62,716 bases of DNA, from positions 1 to 62,716 of the forward strand of contig CAZTSJ010000263.1 of the NCBI GenBank assembly GCA_964616875.1, written 5' to 3'. The notes beneath the pieces were generated by a model that did no database searches, was not told the origin of the DNA, and saw only the letters and a program-made list of their open reading frames with translations. The DNA comes from an uncultured Bordetella sp. Lineage in GTDB: Bacteria > Pseudomonadota > Gammaproteobacteria > Burkholderiales > SG8-39. Position numbers and translations under genes: made by a program. Within the stretch, counting starts at the first letter, position 1, and each line of letters starts with the position of its first letter. Of the stretch, positions 50,683-60,027 are shown piece by piece.

Positions 50683-51433
50683 CCGCGCAGATCGGGCAGG
50701 CTGGGTCTTTCTTCACCCTCACCGTGCGCCACTCGGATCGCTTGGCGTCGAGCAACAACAGTCTTCCGTTCAATGTTTCGCCCGCCGCAGTTATCAGCTT
50801 CGCCGCTTCCGCTGCCTGCAGCGCGCCGACGACGCCGGTGAGCGGCGCGAAGACGCCCATGGTGGAGCACTGCACTTCCTCGATCTCGCCGTCTTCGGGG
50901 AAAAGGCAGGCATAGCAGGGCGCATCGGATTTTCTCAGGTCGAACACGGCGACCTGCGCATCGAAACGGATCGCCGCGCCGGAGACGAGAGGCACGTGTC
51001 CCACGACGCAGGCGCGGTTGAGCGCGTGGCGCGTGGCGAAGTTGTCGGAGCAGTCCAGCACGACGTCGACATCGGCCAGCAGGGATTGCAGATCCTTTGC
51101 TTCAATTCTCTTTTGCAAGGGAACGATCTTTACATCGGGGTTCAGAGCGGAAAGAGCGCTGCGCGCGGCTTCCACTTTCGGCGTGCCGACCGAGTCGGTG
51201 CGGTAGAGGATCTGGCGCTGCAGGTTGGTGAGGTCGACCTTGTCCGGGTCGGCCAGTGTCAGCCTGCCGATGCCGCTCGCGGCGAGGTAGAGCGCCGCCG
51301 GGCAACCCAGGCCGCCCGCGCCGACGACGAGCGCGTGCGCCGCGCGCAGCCGCTCCTGCCCTTCGATCCCGACCTCTTCGAGCAGGATGTGGCGGCTGTA
51401 GCGGAGGAGCTGCTGGTCGTTCAGGTCTTGCAA
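50669..51433 (-). CDS. moeB: molybdopterin-synthase adenylyltransferase MoeB / ThiF-family E1-like enzyme
   Basis: 254-aa ORF. RYSRHILL, GAGGLGCPAALYLAASGIG, and CxxC pairs near the C-terminus. TTG start. Confidence 0.85.
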   Translation of the reverse strand: MQDLNDQQLLRYSRHILLEEVGIEGQERLRAAHALVVGAGGLGCPAALYLAASGIGRLTLADPDKVDLTNLQRQILYRTDSVGTPKVEAARSALSALNPDVKIVPLQKRIEAKDLQSLLADVDVVLDCSDNFATRHALNRACVVGHVPLVSGAAIRFDAQVAVFDLRKSDAPCYACLFPEDGEIEEVQCSTMGVFAPLTGVVGALQAAEAAKLITAAGETLNGRLLLLDAKRSEWRTVRVKKDPACPICAVKPS

Positions 51434-51458
51434 CCCGGCGGAAGCGCCGGCGCGAAGA

Positions 51459-52868
51459 TCAGTTCGATTTCGCGGCCGGCTTGGTCTGCGCGACCGAAGG
51501 CGTCTGGCCCTTGAGCGGCTCGCCCTTCAGGAACGCGATCGACTGCGCGAGCTGGAAATCTTCCTTGGAACCCAGTTCGATCGGTTTCGGCGGCTCGGAG
51601 GACGCGGCGGCGGCCGGCGTCGGGGCGGGCTTCAGCGGCGCGGACTTTGTCTCCTTGTCCTTGCCGTTGTCGAGGTGGCGCTGCAGGTCGGCTTCGCGCA
51701 CGCGCGCGGCGAGCGTCGAGCCGGGTTCCTCGATGATCACGTCGGGCGTGATGCCCTTGGCCTGGATCGAGCGGCCGCTCGGCGTGTAGTAGCGCGCCGT
51801 GGTGAGCTTGATGGCGGTGTTGTTGCCCAGGGGCATGATGGTCTGCACCGAGCCCTTGCCGAAGGTTTGCGTGCCGATCACGGTGGCGCGCTTGTGGTCC
51901 TGCAGCGCGCCGGCGACGATCTCGGAAGCCGAGGCCGAGCCGCCGTTCACCAGCACCACCATCGGCACGGTCTTCACCGCGGCCGGCAGGTTCTTCATCA
52001 TGTCGTCCTTGGCGCCGCGCAGGTAGTCGTCGTTGGTGGCGTAGAACTTCTTGCGCGCATCTTCGGTGCGGCCATCGGTGGAGACCACCAGCACCTTGGC
52101 CGGCAGGAACGCCGCCGAAATCGCGACCGCGCCGTAGAGCAGGCCGCCCGGATCGTTCCTGAGGTCGAGCACCAGCCCCTTGAGCGGCCCCTGCTTGAAC
52201 AGCGTCTCGAGGTGGCGCGCGAGGCTCTCCGGGGTCGCTTCCTGGAACTGCGACACCCGCACCCAGCCGTAGCCCGGTTCATAGATCTTCGATTTCACGC
52301 TTTGCACCCGGATCACGGCGCGCGTGAGCGTGACGACGATCGGCTGCGGCTCGCCCTTGCGCGCGATCGTGAGCGTGATCTGCGTGCCGGCCTTGCCGCG
52401 CATGCGCTTCACCGCGTCGTTGAGCGTCATGCCCTTGACCTGCGCATCGTCCAGCTTGACGATCAGGTCGCCTGGCTTGACCCCGGCGCGAAACGCCGGC
52501 GTGTCCTCGATCGGCGAGATCACCTTGACGAGGCCGTCTTCCATGCTGACTTCGATGCCCAGGCCGCCGAACTGGCCCTGCGTGCCGACCTGCAGCTCCT
52601 TGAACGCCTCCGCGTCGAGGTAGGCCGAGTGCGGATCGAGCCCCGCGAGCATGCCGTTGATCGCTTCGGTGATCAGCTTCTTGTCTTCGACCGGTTCGAC
52701 GTAGTTCTGCTTGATCGCGCCGAACACCTCGGTGAAGGAGCGCAGTTCCTCGACCGGCAGCGGCGAGCGCGTGGCAAGCTGGCCGATCGCCTGGAAGTTC
52801 AGGCTGACCAGTATCCCGGCCACCACGCCCAGCGCGATCAAACTGAAGTTCTTGAATCTTCCGTTCAT
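51459..52868 (-). CDS. carboxy-terminal processing protease (S41 family)
   Basis: 469-aa ORF with a PDZ region. GGSASASEIVAGALQD and TFGKGSVQ catalytic motifs. Confidence 0.9.
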   Translation of the reverse strand: MNGRFKNFSLIALGVVAGILVSLNFQAIGQLATRSPLPVEELRSFTEVFGAIKQNYVEPVEDKKLITEAINGMLAGLDPHSAYLDAEAFKELQVGTQGQFGGLGIEVSMEDGLVKVISPIEDTPAFRAGVKPGDLIVKLDDAQVKGMTLNDAVKRMRGKAGTQITLTIARKGEPQPIVVTLTRAVIRVQSVKSKIYEPGYGWVRVSQFQEATPESLARHLETLFKQGPLKGLVLDLRNDPGGLLYGAVAISAAFLPAKVLVVSTDGRTEDARKKFYATNDDYLRGAKDDMMKNLPAAVKTVPMVVLVNGGSASASEIVAGALQDHKRATVIGTQTFGKGSVQTIMPLGNNTAIKLTTARYYTPSGRSIQAKGITPDVIIEEPGSTLAARVREADLQRHLDNGKDKETKSAPLKPAPTPAAAASSEPPKPIELGSKEDFQLAQSIAFLKGEPLKGQTPSVAQTKPAAKSN

Positions 52869-54043
52869 TTAAGTTTCACCCACGATAAGGGGTCGAAAGG
52901 CCTGCCCAGATGCCGCAATTCAAAGTATAGACCTGTTTGCTCGTTGCCCCCGCTCTGTCCGACCGTCGCGAGGGGCTCGCCCAGAGTAACCGGATCGCCG
53001 GTTTGTTTGAGTAAAGATTCGTTATTGCCGTAGATCGACAGATAGGCCTGCCCATGGTCCACGATCAAAAGGTTGCCGAATCCCCGCATCCAGTCGGAAT
53101 AGACCACGCGGCCGGCGCCCACCGCGAGAACTTGTTCACCTTCCGCGGCGCGGATGAAGAGGCCTTTGGCGGAAATACCCCCCTCATTGCGTAGAGCGCC
53201 AAAGCGCCCGGCAAGTTCCCCCCGCACCGGCAGCCGCAGCCGCCCCTTGAGCGCCGAAAACACGCTGACCGGCGCGCCGGTGCCCGCCTCCGGCACCGCG
53301 GTGACCCGTGCATAGCCCGCGCCGGGCCGCGCCGCCAGTACCTTGCCGATTTCCTGCACCAGGCGCGCCAGGCGTGATTCGTCGGCGAGCAGCATCTGGA
53401 TGCGCTTTTTCGCCGAGCGGATCTCTCCCGCGATGCGCTCCAGCAGGCGGCGGTGGTCGCGCCGCTCGCGCAGCAGCTGCTCGCGGTCGCGGCGAGCGCG
53501 CGCTTCGAGCCCCGCCAGTTCGAGCGCCTTGGCATCCGAACCGGTCTTCAGGCGGGCGATTTCGGCCAGCCCCTGGCGGTGCGCTTCGATCATCTGCGCC
53601 GCCGCGCGCGAAACGTACGTCAGGTAGTGCAGTTTGCGCGCCGCGTCGGCGAGGTCCTCCCCCGAGAGCGCAAGGCGCACGAAATCGGGCGTTGCGCCAG
53701 CAATGCCCGCGAGCGCGCGCGCGGCGAGCAGGCGCCCGAGCGCGCTCTGGCCGGCGTCCTGCGAGCGTTCCTGGACGGCCCTGCGCGCGCCGAGCTGCGC
53801 GATCGCCGCGCGCGCGGCGCGCGCCTCGGCCTCCAGCGCATGCAGCGCACGGTTGGCGTCGGAGATCGCGATCTCGGAGGCGCGCAGCGTGTCGCGCGCC
53901 TCGCGCCGGTCCGATTCGCGGTCCTCGAGCTCCGTCCTGAGCGAATCGATGCGCGCGCGCAGGGCGGCAAGATCCTCCTCTCGCGTGGCACTCTGCGCCG
54001 ATGCACTCGCGAGCAGAAACGCGAAGAGCAGGACTCTGTTCAG
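52865..54043 (-). CDS. murein hydrolase activator EnvC-like (coiled coil + M23/LytM domain); start codon uncertain, probably CTG
   Basis: ORF 52865..54340 trimmed to a signal peptide (L/M)[19 protein letters not shown] long Ala/Arg/Glu coiled coil is followed by a C-terminal [22 protein letters not shown]23 domain. No ATG, GTG or TTG is available near the signal peptide. Confidence 0.72.
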   Translation of the reverse strand: MNRVLLFAFLLASASAQSATREEDLAALRARIDSLRTELEDRESDRREARDTLRASEIAISDANRALHALEAEARAARAAIAQLGARRAVQERSQDAGQSALGRLLAARALAGIAGATPDFVRLALSGEDLADAARKLHYLTYVSRAAAQMIEAHRQGLAEIARLKTGSDAKALELAGLEARARRDREQLLRERRDHRRLLERIAGEIRSAKKRIQMLLADESRLARLVQEIGKVLAARPGAGYARVTAVPEAGTGAPVSVFSALKGRLRLPVRGELAGRFGALRNEGGISAKGLFIRAAEGEQVLAVGAGRVVYSDWMRGFGNLLIVDHGQAYLSIYGNNESLLKQTGDPVTLGEPLATVGQSGGNEQTGLYFELRHLGRPFDPLSWVKLK

Positions 54044-54780
54044 GCTTTGGATTTTCCCTGTGCGGCGACCGCGGCCACGCGTTGCGCTATTTCCTCGGCA
54101 TTTCCCAGGTAGCGATGCCCGAGCGGGCGCAATTTGTCGTCCAGCTCGTAGACCAGCGGCACACCGGTGGGCACGTTGAGGGCGACGATGTCCGCGTCCG
54201 ACACGCCGTCGAGGTGCTTGATGAGCGCGCGCAGCGAGTTGCCGTGCGCGGCGACGAGGAGGCGGCGGCCGGCGCGCAGGGACGGCGCGATGCTGTCCTG
54301 CCAGAACGGAATCACGCGCGCCACCGTATCCTTCAGGCATTCGGTCCTGGGCACCGTCACCCCGGCATAGCGCGGGTCGCGTGCTTCATGGCGCGGGTCG
54401 CCGGGCTCCAGCGCGGGCGGCGGCGTGTCGTAACTGCGACGCCAGGCGAGCACCTGCGCTTCGCCGAATTTCGCCGCCGTCTCGGCTTTGTTCAGGCCCT
54501 GCAGCGCACCGTAGTGGCGCTCGTTCAGGCGCCAGTCCTTGGCCACCGGCAGCCAGAGCTGGTCGAGTTCGTCCAGCGCGAGATGCAGCGTGCGGATAGC
54601 GCGCTTGAGCACCGAGGTGCAGGCAAGATCGAAGGCATAACCCTCGGCTTTGAGGAGCCGGCCCGCGCTGCGCGCTTCCTCGACTCCCTGCGGCGATAGA
54701 TCGACGTCGGTCCAGCCGGTGAAGCGGTTTTCGCGATTCCAGCCCGATTCGCCGTGCCGCAGGAGCACGAGCTTGTGCAT
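54040..54780 (-). CDS. gpmA: 2,3-bisphosphoglycerate-dependent phosphoglycerate mutase
   Basis: ORF trimmed to [37 protein letters not shown] and AHGNSLRAL motifs. Confidence 0.95.
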   Translation of the reverse strand: MHKLVLLRHGESGWNRENRFTGWTDVDLSPQGVEEARSAGRLLKAEGYAFDLACTSVLKRAIRTLHLALDELDQLWLPVAKDWRLNERHYGALQGLNKAETAAKFGEAQVLAWRRSYDTPPPALEPGDPRHEARDPRYAGVTVPRTECLKDTVARVIPFWQDSIAPSLRAGRRLLVAAHGNSLRALIKHLDGVSDADIVALNVPTGVPLVYELDDKLRPLGHRYLGNAEEIAQRVAAVAAQGKSKA

Positions 54781-54787
54781 GCGCTGA

Positions 54788-54795
54788 ATTATAAT
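54788..54795. promoter_or_regulatory. overlapping divergent TATAAT boxes in the 21-bp gpmA/rhodanese intergenic region
   Basis: AATTATAATG: plus-strand TATAAT at 54790-54795 lies 6 nt before the ATG at 54802. Minus-strand TATAAT at 54793-54788 lies 7 nt before the ATG at 54780. No SD on either side. Confidence 0.55.
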
Positions 54796-54801
54796 GCGCG
54801 C

Positions 54802-55215
54802 ATGAGCATGGAATTCATCAACAAGAACATCTTCATCATCGCGGTGGCGCTGATCTCGGGCGGCATGCTGATCTGGCCGCTCCTGCGCCGCAGCGCTGGC
54901 GGACCCTGGGTGAATACGCTCGCCGCGACGCAACTCATCAACCGCAGCGATGCGCTCGTCATCGACCTGCGCAGCAGCGAGGACTACGCCAGGGGCCACA
55001 TCCTCGGCGCGAGGAACATCCCGCTCGCGGAGCTCGAGAAACGCGCCGCCGAACTCGACAAGCACAAGGCCAAGCCGCTGATCCTGCATTGCGGCGACGG
55101 CAATCGCGCCGGCGGCGCGGTCGCGGTGCTGCGCAAGAAAGGCTTCGACAGCGTGCACAACCTTGCCGGCGGCTACGCCGCATGGCAGCAGGCCGGCCTG
55201 CCGGTGGAGAAGTGA
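54802..55215 (+). CDS. rhodanese-domain protein with N-terminal membrane anchor
   Basis: ORF trimmed to [25 protein letters not shown]. Rhodanese active-site loop [10 protein letters not shown]. Confidence 0.8.
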   Translation: MSMEFINKNIFIIAVALISGGMLIWPLLRRSAGGPWVNTLAATQLINRSDALVIDLRSSEDYARGHILGARNIPLAELEKRAAELDKHKAKPLILHCGDGNRAGGAVAVLRKKGFDSVHNLAGGYAAWQQAGLPVEK

Positions 55216-55231
55216 ACGAGAAACCCGATCG

Positions 55232-55495
55232 ATGGCGCACATACTGATTTACGCCACCGCCGGATGTCCGTATTGTCAGGCCGCCGACCGGCTGCTCGCG
55301 CGCAAGGGGGTCAGCGACATCGAACGCGTGCGCGTCGATCTGGAACCCGGCCGGCGCGCCGAAATGCAGCAAAAGAGCGGCCGCTACACCGTGCCGCAGA
55401 TCTGGATCGGCGGCCGCCACGTCGGCGGCAGCGACGAGCTTCACGAGCTGGAGGATTCCGGACAGCTCGATCAACTACTTGCAAAGGCCACATGA
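55232..55495 (+). CDS. grxC: glutaredoxin 3
   Basis: 87 aa, from [18 protein letters not shown] (CPYC active site). [14 protein letters not shown]. Confidence 0.9.
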   Translation: MAHILIYATAGCPYCQAADRLLARKGVSDIERVRVDLEPGRRAEMQQKSGRYTVPQIWIGGRHVGGSDELHELEDSGQLDQLLAKAT

Positions 55496-56007
55496 GTGAT
55501 CAGATGCGCGACCCGACACAACCCGCAGGCGCCGATCCACAGCCGCAGGCGCCGCAGCAGGCTTCGTTCCAGATCGAGAAGCTCTACGTCAAGGATCTGT
55601 CGCTCGAGGTGCCCAATGCGCCCCAGGTCTTTATCCAGGCGCAGGACCCGCAGCTCGAAATCCAGGTGCGCAGCTCGGGCGAGCAGTTCGCCGACGCGCT
55701 GTTCGAAGTCGTCGTCACCATCACGGTGACCGCGCGCTCGGGCGAGAAGACCGTGTTCCTCGCCGAAGTGGCGCAGGCCGGGATATTTACGGTGCGCGGC
55801 GTTCCGGCGCAGGATCTCGAACCGCTGATCGGCATCGGCTGCCCGACGATCCTCTACCCGTACGCGCGCGAGGCGATCTCCGACCTGGTCACGCGCTCGG
55901 GGTTTCCGGCGGTGATCCTGGCGCCGGTTTCCTTCGAGCAGATCTACATGGAACGCATGCAGCAGCAGCAGGCCGCGGCCGGGCCGAAGATCGAACTGGC
56001 GAGCTGA
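55492..56007 (+). CDS. secB: protein-export chaperone SecB
   Basis: Starts at the ATG at 55492 (ATGA overlap). FQIEKLYVKDLSLEVPNAP...CPTILYPYAREAISDLV. Confidence 0.9.
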   Translation: MSDQMRDPTQPAGADPQPQAPQQASFQIEKLYVKDLSLEVPNAPQVFIQAQDPQLEIQVRSSGEQFADALFEVVVTITVTARSGEKTVFLAEVAQAGIFTVRGVPAQDLEPLIGIGCPTILYPYAREAISDLVTRSGFPAVILAPVSFEQIYMERMQQQQAAAGPKIELAS

Positions 56008-56009
56008 GC

Positions 56010-56462
56010 GTGCAGCGGATTTTGCTTCCCTTGCTGCTGACCGCGCTCAGCGCGAGCGCTGTCCTGTCCGACGCCGGCGCGGCCGACTATCGCTCGGTGC
56101 AGGAAAACGCCGCGGTGCTCTACGACGCGCCCTCGCGGCAGGCGACGCCGCTCTATGTGGTCTCGCGCAGCTATCCGCTCGAGGTGATCGTGAACCTCGA
56201 AGCCTGGGTGAAGGTGCGCGACCACGCCGGCGCGCTGACCTGGATCGAAAAAAAGGCGCTGAGCGACAAGCGCATGCTGCTCGTCACGGCGCCTGCCGCG
56301 GAAGCGCGCCTGCGGCCCGAAGACGCCGCCCCCGCTGTGTTCAGCGCGGCGCAGAACGTGGTGCTGGAGCTTCTCGATGTCGCGCCCAACGGCTGGCTGC
56401 GCGTGCGCCACAGCGACGGCGCGACCGGTTTCGTGCGCGCGGCTTCGGTCTGGGGCGACTGA
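56010..56462 (+). CDS. secreted bacterial SH3-domain protein
   Basis: 150-aa ORF with GTG start and signal peptide. Two SH3b-like units (VLYDAPS...WVKVRD and [14 protein letters not shown]). Confidence 0.65.
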   Translation: MQRILLPLLLTALSASAVLSDAGAADYRSVQENAAVLYDAPSRQATPLYVVSRSYPLEVIVNLEAWVKVRDHAGALTWIEKKALSDKRMLLVTAPAAEARLRPEDAAPAVFSAAQNVVLELLDVAPNGWLRVRHSDGATGFVRAASVWGD

Positions 56463-56472
56463 AAAGCGAGGC

Positions 56473-57453
56473 ATGACTGCGCTCGCCGTACTTGGTGCGG
56501 GCGCTTGGGGCACCGCCCTGGCCGCGGTGCTATCCAGCCGGCACCGCGTGACCTTGTGGGCGCGTGATCCCGAACAGGCGAAGGCGATCGCCGCTGTGCG
56601 CCGAAATGAGCGTTATCTTCCTGAAATTACGCTGCCTGATTCGCTCCAGATTGGCTCTGACCTGGAGCAAGCAATTGCAAATGCCGAGTTGCTCGTCGCC
56701 GCAACGCCGGTGGCGGGATTGCGCGAACTGCTGGGCCGGCTGCAGGGCACAAAAACCCCGCTGCTCTGGCTGTGCAAGGGATTCGAGCAGGGTAGCGCGG
56801 CGTTGCCGCACGAAATTGTCGCGGCCACGGGAATCCGCGCAGCGAGCGGCGCGCTTTCCGGGCCCTCGTTCGCGCTCGAGGTGGCGAAGAATCTGCCCTG
56901 TGCCCTGACGCTCGCCTCGGCCGACGCTGCGTTTGCGGCGAGCGCCGCCGCGCAGCTGCACGGCGGCCGGCTGCGCGTCTATCACTCGGACGACGTGGTG
57001 GGCGTCGAGATCGGCGGCGCGGTCAAGAACGTGCTCGCGATTGCGGTGGGCATCTGCGACGGGCTGGGCCTCGGGCAGAACGCGCGCGCGGCGCTCGTCA
57101 CCCGCGGCCTCGCCGAACTCGCGCGCCTGGGCGTGGCGCTGGGCGGGCGCGCGGACACGGTGATGGGGCTGACCGGCGCCGGCGACCTGATACTCACCGC
57201 GACCGGAGACCTGTCGCGCAACCGGCGCGTCGGCCTCGAACTCGCGCGCGGCAAGCCCTTGCAGACGATCGTGGCCGAGCTCGGCCACGTCGCCGAAGGC
57301 GTCAGCTCGGCGCAGGCGACGCTCGCGCGCGCTAAAAGCTGCGGGGTGGAAATGCCGATCACCTCGGCGGTGGACGCGGTGCTCGCGGGACGCCTCACGC
57401 CGCCGCAGGCGGTGGAACGCTTGCTCGCGCGCGATCCGAAAGCGGAAGCCTAG
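56473..57453 (+). CDS. gpsA: NAD(P)H-dependent glycerol-3-phosphate dehydrogenase
   Basis: Starts at [26 protein letters not shown] and [10 protein letters not shown] motifs. Confidence 0.93.
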   Translation: MTALAVLGAGAWGTALAAVLSSRHRVTLWARDPEQAKAIAAVRRNERYLPEITLPDSLQIGSDLEQAIANAELLVAATPVAGLRELLGRLQGTKTPLLWLCKGFEQGSAALPHEIVAATGIRAASGALSGPSFALEVAKNLPCALTLASADAAFAASAAAQLHGGRLRVYHSDDVVGVEIGGAVKNVLAIAVGICDGLGLGQNARAALVTRGLAELARLGVALGGRADTVMGLTGAGDLILTATGDLSRNRRVGLELARGKPLQTIVAELGHVAEGVSSAQATLARAKSCGVEMPITSAVDAVLAGRLTPPQAVERLLARDPKAEA

Positions 57454-57905
57454 CGAAAGTCGAGCTGCCGCCAAGCCTCGAACACGGTCACCGCAACTGC
57501 GTTCGAAAGATTCAGGCTGCGGTTGCCCGGGCGCATCGGGAGGCGCAGGCGCATTTCGGCTTTGAATGAATCCATTATTTCTCCGGGCAGGCCGGCGGTC
57601 TCGGAGCCGAAGACAAAGGCGTCGCCTTCCTGAAACTGGGTATCGAATACGTTTTTCGCAGCTTTTGTCGTCAGGGCAAAAAGGCGCCGATCTTTCAAAA
57701 CCCCTATGCAGGATTGCCAATCGGCGTGCACGCGCACGCTGGCGTACTCGTGGTAATCGAGCCCGGCGCGCTTGAGTTGCTTGTCGTCCATGGAAAAGCC
57801 GAGCGGTTCCACCAGGTGCAGGCGCGCGCCGGTATTGGCGGCCAGCCGAATCACATTGCCTGCGTTGGGCGGAATCTCCGGGTGGACGAGGACGATGTCG
57901 AACAT
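57450..57905 (-). CDS. trmL: tRNA (cytidine/uridine-2'-O)-methyltransferase TrmL (SPOUT)
   Basis: ORF trimmed to [33 protein letters not shown]-terminal [10 protein letters not shown] knot region. Confidence 0.88.
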   Translation of the reverse strand: MFDIVLVHPEIPPNAGNVIRLAANTGARLHLVEPLGFSMDDKQLKRAGLDYHEYASVRVHADWQSCIGVLKDRRLFALTTKAAKNVFDTQFQEGDAFVFGSETAGLPGEIMDSFKAEMRLRLPMRPGNRSLNLSNAVAVTVFEAWRQLDFR

Positions 57906-58609
57906 CAGTACGCCTGCGTGGGAGGAAAGGTGCGCGCGACGACCCAGTTCACGACGCGCGCCGCGCCAGCGCGCTTCAATGTCGCTGCGATCTCGTCGAG
58001 GGTGGCGCCCGTGGTCATGACATCGTCGAGCACTGCGATACTCGCGCCCGCCAGGAGGCGCTGGCACTGGAAGGCGCCGCGTACGTTCTTTGCTCGTTCT
58101 TTCATCGGCAAGTCCAGTTGTGGCGGCGTGTCTCGCGTTCGTTCGCATAGCTCGGGCGACAACGGCACGCCGGCGGAGCGGGCCACGTGCCTGCCGATTT
58201 CAAGTGTCTGGTTGAAGCCGCGCGCTCGCAACCGATGGCCGGATAGCGGCACCGGGAGGAGGAAATGGACGCGCTCGGTTGCGGCCACTTTTTCCGCCAG
58301 GAGTTTCCCGAACAGCGTAGCGAGGGCCAGTTCGGAACGGAATTTCAGGGAGTGCACCAGCACATCCGCCGGGAATGCGTAGGCCAGGACGGCAATGGTC
58401 GCGTCGTAGTGCGGGGGTTGCGTCAGGCAGCGCCCGCAGACGGCGCCGCCGGGCGAGGCGAGCGCGCAGCGCGGGCAAAGCGGCCTGTTCAGGCGCGGCA
58501 GGTCGGCATCGCACTGCGCGCAAAGAATGCCTGCAGCCTGCCCGCGGCACAGGAAGCAGCTGCCGCTGAACAGCAAGGTGCCGATGCGCCGCCCGAGGTT
58601 CGCCAGCAT
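57905..58609 (-). CDS. comF: ComF-family protein (phosphoribosyltransferase domain with N-terminal Cys-rich zinc ribbon)
   Basis: 234-aa ORF. CxxC pairs (CFLCRG...CAQCD...CPRC...CGRC) and the PRT motif VLDDVMTTGATL. Confidence 0.85.
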   Translation of the reverse strand: MLANLGRRIGTLLFSGSCFLCRGQAAGILCAQCDADLPRLNRPLCPRCALASPGGAVCGRCLTQPPHYDATIAVLAYAFPADVLVHSLKFRSELALATLFGKLLAEKVAATERVHFLLPVPLSGHRLRARGFNQTLEIGRHVARSAGVPLSPELCERTRDTPPQLDLPMKERAKNVRGAFQCQRLLAGASIAVLDDVMTTGATLDEIAATLKRAGAARVVNWVVARTFPPTQAY

Positions 58610-58637
58610 TGAGAATATTGTGCGCTAGACTGGCCCG

Positions 58638-60011
58638 ATGTGGACTGTAGAGGCGCTTGCGGTCGATCTCGCCGCGGGCCGAACCACCAGCCGCGCATTG
58701 CTCGAAACGGCGCTGGCGCGGATCGCCGAGCCCTCGGGCGAGGGCGCGCGCGCGTTCATCAAGCTCTATGCAGATGCGGCGCGCGCCGACGCCGATCACG
58801 CGGACCGCTTGCGCAAGGCGGGCGTGGTGCGCTCAGCGGTGGACGGGCTGCCGGTATCGGTGAAGGACCTGTTCGACGTCGCGGGAGATGTTACCCGCGC
58901 GGGTTCGAAGCTGTTGGCGAAGGCGGCACCCGCCACGGCAGACGCGCCGGCGGTTGCGCGCCTGCGCGCCGCGGGCGCGGTGATCGTCGGCCGCACCAAC
59001 ATGGTCGAATTCGCTTTTGGTACCACGGGCCTCAACCCGCACTACGGCACGCCGAAGAATCCCTGGGACCGCCCACGCGCCGGCTCCGACGGCGCGTCCC
59101 GCGGCGGGCGCGTGCCGGGCGGCTCATCCTCGGGCGCGGCGGTCGCGCAGGCCGACGGCATGTGCGTCATGGCGCTGGGCAGCGACACACGTGGTTCCAT
59201 CCGGCAGCCCGCGGCGCTCTGCGGCATCGTCGGCTTCAAGCCGACGCAGCAGCGGGTGCCGCGCGATGGTGCATTCCCACTTTCCTTCGCGCTCGATTCG
59301 ATCGGCCCGCTCGCCAATAGCGTGGCCTGCTGCGCCGCCTACGATTCGATTCTCGCTGCCGAGCCGTCGCAAGCGCTTGCGCCGCTGGGCGCGAAAGGAT
59401 TGCGGTTACTGGTGCCGCGTGGCTCCCTGATCGAGGACCTTGACGGCGAGGTGGCGCGCGCGTTCGAGGCAAGCTTGGGCAGGCTCGCGGCGGCGGGCGC
59501 GCTGATCGCGCATTTGCCGGTGCCGGCCTTCGAGCGCCAGGCGGAGTACTTCAGGAGCGGCGGTTTCGCTGGCGCCGAGGCTTACGCGATCCACCGCCGC
59601 TGGCTGGACCGGATCGCCGAATACGATCCGCGCGTCGGCAAGAGGATTCAGATGGCAAAGGACTTGAGCGCCGCGGATTACGTCGATCTGCTCCGGCTGC
59701 GCCAGGCTTACATTGCCGAAGTCGGAGCCGCGCTGGCGCCATTCGATGCGTTCCTGATGCCCACCACTCCCTGCATCGCGCCTACGATCAAAGAGGTGGA
59801 CGCAAGCGACGACGACTACTTCCGCTGGAACATGCGCATCCTGCGCAATGTCGGCGTGGTCAATTTCCTCGATGGCTGCGCCGTCACTCTGCCGTGTCAT
59901 GCAGCGGGCACGGCACCCGTGGGGCTCTCGGTGTGCGGCCCGGCGCTCTCGGACCGGCACATTCTCTCGGTCGCGCAGGCGGTGGAAGGCGTGCTTGCCC
60001 GGGGAAACTGA
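58638..60011 (+). CDS. amidase-signature (AS) family hydrolase
   Basis: 457-aa ORF. SVKDLFDV (catalytic Lys), GGSSSGAAVA and GSDTRGSIRQPA (Ser-cisSer) signature. Confidence 0.85.
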   Translation: MWTVEALAVDLAAGRTTSRALLETALARIAEPSGEGARAFIKLYADAARADADHADRLRKAGVVRSAVDGLPVSVKDLFDVAGDVTRAGSKLLAKAAPATADAPAVARLRAAGAVIVGRTNMVEFAFGTTGLNPHYGTPKNPWDRPRAGSDGASRGGRVPGGSSSGAAVAQADGMCVMALGSDTRGSIRQPAALCGIVGFKPTQQRVPRDGAFPLSFALDSIGPLANSVACCAAYDSILAAEPSQALAPLGAKGLRLLVPRGSLIEDLDGEVARAFEASLGRLAAAGALIAHLPVPAFERQAEYFRSGGFAGAEAYAIHRRWLDRIAEYDPRVGKRIQMAKDLSAADYVDLLRLRQAYIAEVGAALAPFDAFLMPTTPCIAPTIKEVDASDDDYFRWNMRILRNVGVVNFLDGCAVTLPCHAAGTAPVGLSVCGPALSDRHILSVAQAVEGVLARGN

Positions 60012-60027
60012 GCGCCCACCAGGTTTT

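Noticed and set aside
57905-58609. ComF as evidence of a competence or DNA-uptake island
   Set aside because: It is a lone comF homolog in the conserved trmL-comF context. No other com/pil genes are nearby.
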